This document shows positions 58,172 through 64,000 of a stretch of DNA of 64,000 nucleotides, piece after piece. How positions within the stretch are numbered: position 1 is the stretch's first letter; every line of letters begins with the position of its first letter. Made by a program: the position numbers and the translations under genes. The stretch is taken from NCBI GenBank assembly GCA_963796105.1, contig CAWCKJ010000004.1, positions 96,001 to 160,000 of the forward strand. The letters run 5' to 3'. The notes beneath the pieces were generated by a model that searched no databases, was not told where the DNA came from, and saw nothing but the letters and a program-made list of their open reading frames with translations. The DNA comes from a candidate division FCPU426 bacterium. GTDB lineage: Bacteria > Oederibacteriota > Muellerivitia > Muellerivitales > Muellerivitaceae.

Positions 58172-60178
58172 ATGAAGCTCCTATACCCTAAGAAAGACGA
58201 ACATTTTTCCAAACAATCCATGGAATTAACTCCCCAAAACGCCCAGCCAAAACCCTATCCGCGCCTTTGGGTTTTTCCAATCATAGCTTGTTTCATTCTT
58301 CTTCTCGTTTTCTCAGCCCGCAAAATCACCGATTACGATTTGGGTTTCCATTTGAAAAGCGGGGAATGGATTGTCCAACACCACTTGGCGCCGAGCATTG
58401 ATACCTATACTTACGGCGCGGCGGGCCATGAATACGTGGATGCCCATTGTTTTTACCAGGTCCTCCTCTACGGCTTTTACAAATGGTTCGGTTATTCTTC
58501 CCTGACCCTGCTGAACATGGCTGTGATAGCCCTCGTTTTCGTCCTATTACTTCTCCGGATTCGGCTGACACAATCGCCTCCCTGGCTGATCTTCGTCCTC
58601 CTGTTCGTTTCGATTCTCATGATGGAAACGAGATTTATCGTCCGCCCGGAGGTGGTCTCCTGGCTGTTCCTGGGATTGACGTTCTATGTTCTGGAATTGA
58701 ACTTCCAAGGGCATAAGAAATGGCTTTGGCTTTTGCCGGTTCTCCAGTTTTTCTGGGCGAACATGGAGGGGCTCTTTATCCTCGGCTGGGCCCTCTGCGG
58801 GGCGTACTTTATCAGCGGATGGTTTCACGGAAGAAAAATAGACAAGAAATTAGCCGGATGGACCGCGTTATCAATCGGCGTGGATTTCCTGAACCTGAAT
58901 TTCGTGAAGGGAATCCTCTTTCCATTCAGTTTTATCGGCAAACTCCAGAATGGAAACATCTTCAAGTCGTGGATTTTCGAACTGCACCCATCCTGGCCGA
59001 TTATCCTCGGCCATAACGCGATCCTATATCTTAAGATTTACGCCCTCTTCAGCCTTTTGTTATTTCCATGCTTCATTTTGACGATCAAAAAAAGGAAAAT
59101 CCATGAGGCTCTGGTGCTGGCCGCGTTTTTTTACTTATCCTGCGCGGCCTTCCGGAATATCTCAATATTCATGGTGGCCGTCGCACCGATTGCGGCTGCT
59201 TGTTTTAAGGACTTGCTTGAAAAGCATGGATCGGTTTTAAGGAAGATCCAAAACCCATTCCTAAAGGAAAAACTCGCCCCAGTCTTTCTTTGCATTTCGG
59301 TCCTTTTGTTAAGCCTATGGGTATTCAACGACAATTACTACATTTCACAGGAAAGGGATAATCGATTCGGCTTCGGCCTTGACGAGGCTAATGGGCCCTA
59401 CAAAGCAACGGATTTCCTGGTTCAAAACCACCTGACTGGGAGGATTTACAACCACCTTAACTTGGGTGGGTGGTTGGATTGGAAAGCCCCCCAACAGCCT
59501 TTTATCGACGGGAGGCTGGAAGCGATGGGAGAGGGGCTGTTCCGGGAATTCCTGAACAGCTTTGAGCCGGGACAGCTTTCCAAGCAAATCGAGAAATACC
59601 ATCCCCAAATGATCATGTTCGAGTATTACCGGGTGCCCCTTTGGGACAAGGAATTAACGGTCCAACTACATTGGCGGCCGATCTACGTGGACGGGTATTG
59701 TGTCATTTATGCCGCGCCCGATTACGCCCCCCAGTTGCCGGATGTCACGAAAACCGATTATTTGAAAACTTATAATTTGCCGGCTCTCTCCATGGCCCAG
59801 GCCACCCAACTCCTGTTAAAACCCAAACCCTCATTCGAGAATAGGTGGTTCGATGGTTTTCTCCACAGAAGCCTTTATCCGGTTAATTTTGTAAATTTAT
59901 TCGTTTTTTCCCGCGCCCATGAGAAATATGAGGAGGCCCAATCTTTTCTAGGGGAAGCTCTGAGACAGTCCGAAGGGCGGATTTTTGACTCTTTTTATAA
60001 ATTTGGATTGCTCTATCTTCAATGCAGGAAATTCTCCCTGTCAACGCTTTGCATGGAAAGAGCCTTGGAATTAAGGCCGGGTAACGAACCTGCGCTGAAA
60101 ATGCTGGGGGAAATCTTCGAGCAATCGGAGAAATACGAGCAAACCGTCGAGCAAACGCTAAAAACAAAAAGAAGATAA
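58172..60178 (+). CDS. Multi-pass membrane protein (GT-C-like) with C-terminal TPR
   Basis: D.DLGFHLKSGEWI...P..D.YTY, R..VRPE, WAN.E, N..GGWL.W....FIDGR; TPR-like ERALELRP.N. Confidence 0.7.
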   Translation: MKLLYPKKDEHFSKQSMELTPQNAQPKPYPRLWVFPIIACFILLLVFSARKITDYDLGFHLKSGEWIVQHHLAPSIDTYTYGAAGHEYVDAHCFYQVLLYGFYKWFGYSSLTLLNMAVIALVFVLLLLRIRLTQSPPWLIFVLLFVSILMMETRFIVRPEVVSWLFLGLTFYVLELNFQGHKKWLWLLPVLQFFWANMEGLFILGWALCGAYFISGWFHGRKIDKKLAGWTALSIGVDFLNLNFVKGILFPFSFIGKLQNGNIFKSWIFELHPSWPIILGHNAILYLKIYALFSLLLFPCFILTIKKRKIHEALVLAAFFYLSCAAFRNISIFMVAVAPIAAACFKDLLEKHGSVLRKIQNPFLKEKLAPVFLCISVLLLSLWVFNDNYYISQERDNRFGFGLDEANGPYKATDFLVQNHLTGRIYNHLNLGGWLDWKAPQQPFIDGRLEAMGEGLFREFLNSFEPGQLSKQIEKYHPQMIMFEYYRVPLWDKELTVQLHWRPIYVDGYCVIYAAPDYAPQLPDVTKTDYLKTYNLPALSMAQATQLLLKPKPSFENRWFDGFLHRSLYPVNFVNLFVFSRAHEKYEEAQSFLGEALRQSEGRIFDSFYKFGLLYLQCRKFSLSTLCMERALELRPGNEPALKMLGEIFEQSEKYEQTVEQTLKTKRR

Positions 60179-60308
60179 ACAACCTGTAGGATTTCCGCTT
60201 CGCCCTTGAACAATCTTAATTTTTTCAGTCAAAACAAAAGTAACCGGTCTGTTCACAAGAGGGGTTCTTTATATTTCCGGTTAAATAGCGAATGATTTCA
60301 TAGAAACA

Positions 60309-61220
60309 TTAAAGCGATTCAAAATAATCTTCGTTTATCACTTTTAACGAATAATTTTGTTTAAGTTCTACACCCACATCATAATGGTACATTAATTCAG
60401 CCAATTCCCTTCCATCGATTAACTTGATTACAGAATCAAAATTGCCAATACATTCTTTTGCTTCTTTTGAAAATGAAGAACTGGTAATAAATATTCCTTT
60501 TTTGGATTTTCGTTCATTCAGGCTACCCACAAATTGCTGAATAGCCGGTCTCCCAACTTGGTTACCCTCACCATATCTTTTTGCTTGTAAATAAATTTTG
60601 TCTAGGCCCAATTTGTCCTGATTTATCACCCCATCGACCCCTCCATCACCACTTTTTCCCAAATGCAAAACACTTTCATCCCCAACCCCATAACCCATTT
60701 TTTTCAACAAATTGATAATCAACCTTTCAAAATCAATGGGGTCAATCGAACGAACTTTGCTGATTAAATCGGAAATTATCGCAGCCTTATATGTTTCGAA
60801 ATTTTGTTCAAGAGCCTCTTCGGGATTCTCATTTGTATCCCGTGATTTATTTTGCGCCTCCTCTTTATCTTTTTTTGGAAGAGCGCGAAATTGCTTGAAT
60901 GATTCATATTTATTAAGTACATCGATATTTATTTTTTTCACCCCACTTTTTAATAGAGCCTTACCTTCATCGGCAATAAGATACAAGCCTCGTTTAGGCC
61001 TTTTTAACAACCCAGCCTTGTACAAATAAAACAAAGCCCATTGTGTCCTATTATCTATTACTCTCTGTTTTCCACTTGGTAGTAACGCGTTTATTTCTTC
61101 TTCACTGAGTTTGAAAAATTTAATTACAGGGGGAAATATTTCATTGCTTTTAGCAGAGCCTTTCTCCGCAACAAACTTAAGGGCTGGCAACATTATGGTT
61201 TGATAATCCGGTATTGGCAT
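60309..61220 (-). CDS. mrr: Mrr-family (type IV) restriction endonuclease
   Basis: MPIPDYQ.IM.P.L, LPSG.Q....NR..WA..YL Mrr_N; FE..I..LL.KMGYG, GDGGVDG.I..D.LGLD.IY.QAKRY, G.FIT.S.F, LIDG..L; low GC. Confidence 0.93.
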   Translation of the reverse strand: MPIPDYQTIMLPALKFVAEKGSAKSNEIFPPVIKFFKLSEEEINALLPSGKQRVIDNRTQWALFYLYKAGLLKRPKRGLYLIADEGKALLKSGVKKINIDVLNKYESFKQFRALPKKDKEEAQNKSRDTNENPEEALEQNFETYKAAIISDLISKVRSIDPIDFERLIINLLKKMGYGVGDESVLHLGKSGDGGVDGVINQDKLGLDKIYLQAKRYGEGNQVGRPAIQQFVGSLNERKSKKGIFITSSSFSKEAKECIGNFDSVIKLIDGRELAELMYHYDVGVELKQNYSLKVINEDYFESL

Positions 61221-61385
61221 ATTGCTCCTAAAACAAAAATAATCTAAATTCATTATAAATAACCCATAGAATCCCGAGGGCGGGAAAATAAAAAAGCCCT
61301 CGCTCCCTTTCAGGCGCCAGGGCTTCGCGGCCTAAATTAAGCTTCTCTTTGATCAGGACGGGGCGTTACCTCTTTTTTTAGTCTT

Positions 61386-61604
61386 TTAGGCCGTCGCCAA
61401 CGCTACATTTTCAAACACCACCTTCTTCAAGACCTCATCCAAGTGTCCGATGTGATCCTTGGCGTCCAACAGCTCAATCCCGGCAACGGTTCCATCCTGC
61501 GCGTAATCCACCGCCAACCCATCTCCCAATTCCTTGGTGGTGACGGTCGTTTCCTGGAAGCTGATATACAGCACATCCGCTTCCTTGTCATAAGTGATTT
61601 TCAT
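61386..61604 (-). CDS. DUF2283-family putative antitoxin
   Basis: MKITYD.EADVLYI.F....D....G...GIE.L.A signature. Confidence 0.85.
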   Translation of the reverse strand: MKITYDKEADVLYISFQETTVTTKELGDGLAVDYAQDGTVAGIELLDAKDHIGHLDEVLKKVVFENVALATA

Positions 61605-61615
61605 TTCGCCCCCCC

Positions 61616-61721
61616 TCAGAAATAGAAAACGTAAACAGTATTCACGAATATCTCGTTTTCGCGCTCTTCAAAAACAGCCTTTACTTGTTTTGTATTATAC
61701 GTCTTTCCGTTCCATAGTTTC
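61616..61721 (-). pseudogene. 3' part of DUF4258-like toxin split by IS1595
   Basis: KLWNGKTYNTKQVKAVFEERENEIFVNTVYVFYF*; continues 63746-63902 in frame. Confidence 0.85.
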
Positions 61722-61773
61722 GGGACTTATATAGTTAACTCCGGAAAGGAATTGCCATGTATAATATAGGACT

Positions 61774-62412
61774 ATGGGTATTTTCTCAAAAACTGATCCA
61801 ATTAGAAATATTTTCAATTTTGGGTGGTTATTATTTTTGGGATTTTTGTTATCAATTGGAATTATCGGTTCCATTGACACAATCAAAACACACACGATGT
61901 ATGGAAATAGCATCATGAATTTTTATGATATTTTCCCAGGGTATGTCTGGGTGATTTGTGCATTTTTTGGTGCATGTGTAAAAATGTATCTAAAAATATT
62001 GGAACTTCAAAAAATACTCTTCGATTCTTTGATGACTCGGTTTGCGATTTATTTAGAAGATAATTTCAAAATTTTACAGAAATACGAAAAAAAACTTAGA
62101 AAAAAAGGTAAAAAAATAGCGAACTATCACGATCTTACTATTTATTATTGGCAATTAAGGCAAAAAGTCTCAATCGTTTTAAATAAGGCTGTTTCTCAAA
62201 ATCAAATTGGTCCTTTTTCTGACCCGAACGATTCCGTTGTTAGTTTAAATGTAGATGAACTGATTCCACTGGTAAATAAAGATAAAATGCATTTATTGAC
62301 ATTGAGTTTTAAAGCTAGAGACGCAACGTTAGTGTTAGGGGATGGTTTTACAAAAGAATTTTTGTCGTTGTATGAAGAGAAAACTTACAGATTTTTTAAG
62401 CTAGGTACTTGA
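61774..62412 (+). CDS. AT-rich passenger gene, two N-terminal TM helices, unknown function
   Basis: 212-aa ORF inside the left TIR; very low GC. Confidence 0.6.
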   Translation: MGIFSKTDPIRNIFNFGWLLFLGFLLSIGIIGSIDTIKTHTMYGNSIMNFYDIFPGYVWVICAFFGACVKMYLKILELQKILFDSLMTRFAIYLEDNFKILQKYEKKLRKKGKKIANYHDLTIYYWQLRQKVSIVLNKAVSQNQIGPFSDPNDSVVSLNVDELIPLVNKDKMHLLTLSFKARDATLVLGDGFTKEFLSLYEEKTYRFFKLGT

Positions 62413-62437
62413 CTCATGATCCGGAGTAAAGTATAAT
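62409..62437 (+). promoter_or_regulatory. Sigma70 promoter of the transposase
   Basis: TTGACT-N17-TATAAT, overlapped by the imperfect palindrome TACTTGACTC..GAGTAAAGTA. Confidence 0.7.
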
Positions 62438-62473
62438 GCCTTTAGTAGATGAATTAAGGCATGGAGGCGGGAT

Positions 62474-63403
62474 GTGAAAAATACAGCGATTAGCACTTTT
62501 CAACTCTTTAAATTATTCCCTGATAAGGAATCTGCGAGGGTCTATATTGAAAAACTCCGATGGCCGGATGGTCCGGTTTGCCCTGCTTGCGGAGAAACCA
62601 AGCGGATAGGTTCCCGCAGGCCAGAGTATTATTGCTGTAATGCCTGCCTTTTAGACTTTACGGTGCGAACCAATTCCATTTTTGAGCGTTCCCACATTCC
62701 GCTTCATAAATGGCTTTATGCCATGTATTTGCTGGTAACGGCACGTAAAGGGATTTCCAGTATGCAACTTTCCAAGGAAATCGGGGTTACTCAAAAATCG
62801 GCTTGGTTCATGCTTGGCCGTATCCGTGAAGCTTGCGGAAACGATTATTCAACTTTGAGTGGAACCGTTGAAATTGATGAAACCTATGTTGGGGGAAAAG
62901 AAGAAAATAAACATGCAAATAAAAAGCTTCATGCTGGGGGTGGTCCAGTTGGAAAAACTCCTGTTCTTGGAATGCGTGAACGTGGTGAAGGTGGGCACAC
63001 AAGGGCTTTGCCACTCAAGGCTGTAAACAGTGTCACTCTTTCCGAAACGGTTGCCTGGAATGTAAAAGAAGGAAGCACAATCAACACGGACGACAACCAA
63101 GGTTATGGGCCTTTAGACGATGTTTACAAACATGAATCGGTAAATCACAGCGCGAAAGAATACGTTAGGGGAAACGTAACCACTAATAGCATTGAAAGCG
63201 TTTGGGCGGTTTTGAAAAGAGGATTAAACGGGGTTTACCATCATGTGGAAAAGAAGCACTTGGGCCGTTATGTAAACGGATTCACCTTTCGCTTGAATGA
63301 TGGGAATGTGGAGCGCACTACCGATCAAAGAATCTCAAGCCTCTTAGCCGCTTCCGTTGGAAAACGGCTTACTTTTGACGAACTAACGAAGGTGGTTAAA
63401 TGA
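62474..63403 (+). CDS. IS1595-family transposase
   Basis: RWP..PVCPAC..C..C, GISS.QL...IGVTQK.AW, VEIDETYVGG, TDD, TNSIES.W...KR, YH.V..KHL.RY. Confidence 0.93.
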   Translation: MKNTAISTFQLFKLFPDKESARVYIEKLRWPDGPVCPACGETKRIGSRRPEYYCCNACLLDFTVRTNSIFERSHIPLHKWLYAMYLLVTARKGISSMQLSKEIGVTQKSAWFMLGRIREACGNDYSTLSGTVEIDETYVGGKEENKHANKKLHAGGGPVGKTPVLGMRERGEGGHTRALPLKAVNSVTLSETVAWNVKEGSTINTDDNQGYGPLDDVYKHESVNHSAKEYVRGNVTTNSIESVWAVLKRGLNGVYHHVEKKHLGRYVNGFTFRLNDGNVERTTDQRISSLLAASVGKRLTFDELTKVVK

Positions 63404-63507
63404 CCAAGGCCAAAGAAAAAATAAATAAGATGCTTGAAAAGATTTTTAAATATGGGCGACATAAACCAAGAAAAAAGAAAAAACAAAACAGAGAAAATGA
63501 AGGATAA
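63400..63507 (+). CDS. Small basic ORF coupled to the transposase
   Basis: ATGA overlap; MTKAKEKINKMLEKIFKYGRHKPRKKKKQNRENEG*; the next ATG follows immediately. Confidence 0.4.
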   Translation: MTKAKEKINKMLEKIFKYGRHKPRKKKKQNRENEG

Positions 63508-63717
63508 ATGATGTGGCATCGAATAATTTTTGTGATTATTGGGATTTTATTACTTGTCTCTTTGCTTTTTGATTTTTACCTTTCTATGTTATGGGATGAT
63601 AAAAATAATTTTTTTTCATCGTTTAACCCCAGTTTGGTTCGATTGTTCAGGATCAATTGGCTGGTGTCTTTAGGACTATTATTAGTTTTGATTATTTGTC
63701 TATTTTTGTTTAATTAG
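63508..63717 (+). CDS. Small two-TM passenger protein
   Basis: 69-aa hydrophobic ORF ending 8 bp before the right TIR. Confidence 0.5.
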   Translation: MMWHRIIFVIIGILLLVSLLFDFYLSMLWDDKNNFFSSFNPSLVRLFRINWLVSLGLLLVLIICLFLFN

Positions 63718-63745
63718 AGAATACTGAGTTAACTATATAAGTCCC

Positions 63746-63902
63746 ATAGTTTTCCATAGGGAAAACTTTTTCTGCATTGAAGCCGATTTTCCTTAGCGCC
63801 CTCCCACTTAGCTTCCCGAATAGCCGCCATCACTTCATCCTCGGCGCCTCCCCTCGAAACCAACCTTGAGACGGCATGACCCGACAATCGAATGGGTTTC
63901 AT
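63746..63902 (-). pseudogene. 5' part of DUF4258-like toxin
   Basis: MKPIRLSGHA..R...RG..E.EV..AIR...W; TATAAT lies 6 nt before the ATG. Confidence 0.85.
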
Positions 63903-64000
63903 AGGCTGATTATATCCTTCCGCGAATGGCCAAATGGGGCAAAACCAGGATAATGCGCCAAGAAGCCGTTTTCCAGCCAAGCTTATCATTAACGAACAAT

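Larger units (their letters stand above)
61722..63745 (+). mobile_element. IS1595-family transposon with passenger genes, 2024 bp
   Basis: Perfect 20-bp TIRs GGGACTTATATAGTTAACTC; TSD ATAGTTT(C/T) at 61714-61721 and 63746-63753. Confidence 0.92.

Overview
Bacterial chromosomal region of mixed GC content, with housekeeping genes interleaved with surface-protein and glycosylation genes and four IS elements. Left to right: (1) a PorV/PorQ-like gene and two Thr/Pro-linker surface proteins with T9SS-like C-terminal domains; (2) glnA with a sigma54 promoter, an IS1595 inserted just upstream of it, and a NifA-like activator; (3) tolC followed by two macAB pairs; (4) a degenerate adenylate cyclase, mutY and ptsH; (5) an SRAP-umuD-umuC SOS cassette with a perfect palindrome and a second IS1595; (6) three tandem GT-C/PA14 paralogs and a GH5 enzyme on an ~1100-aa (Thr-X)n stalk; (7) an active/inactive Deg protease pair, a YfhO-like protein and a frameshifted BrnT-BrnA pair. 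Next comes a 5.8-kb ISEcp1-like (IS1380) transposition unit carrying a surface lipoprotein gene; it is flanked by a TTTAG duplication and splits a membrane-protein gene whose halves rejoin in frame. Beside it is an unexplained ~1.5-kb non-coding locus of three tandem arrays (periods 53, 21-22 and 52 bp) punctuated by a duplicated ~47-bp box. The window ends with mrr and a DUF4258/DUF2283-type toxin-antitoxin pair split by a passenger-carrying IS1595. The gene style suggests a diderm non-Bacteroidota lineage with T9SS-like secretion (e.g. FCPU426/Goldiibacteriota-like); this is inference only. No rRNA, tRNA or CRISPR array was seen. All family calls come from motif recognition, not database searches.
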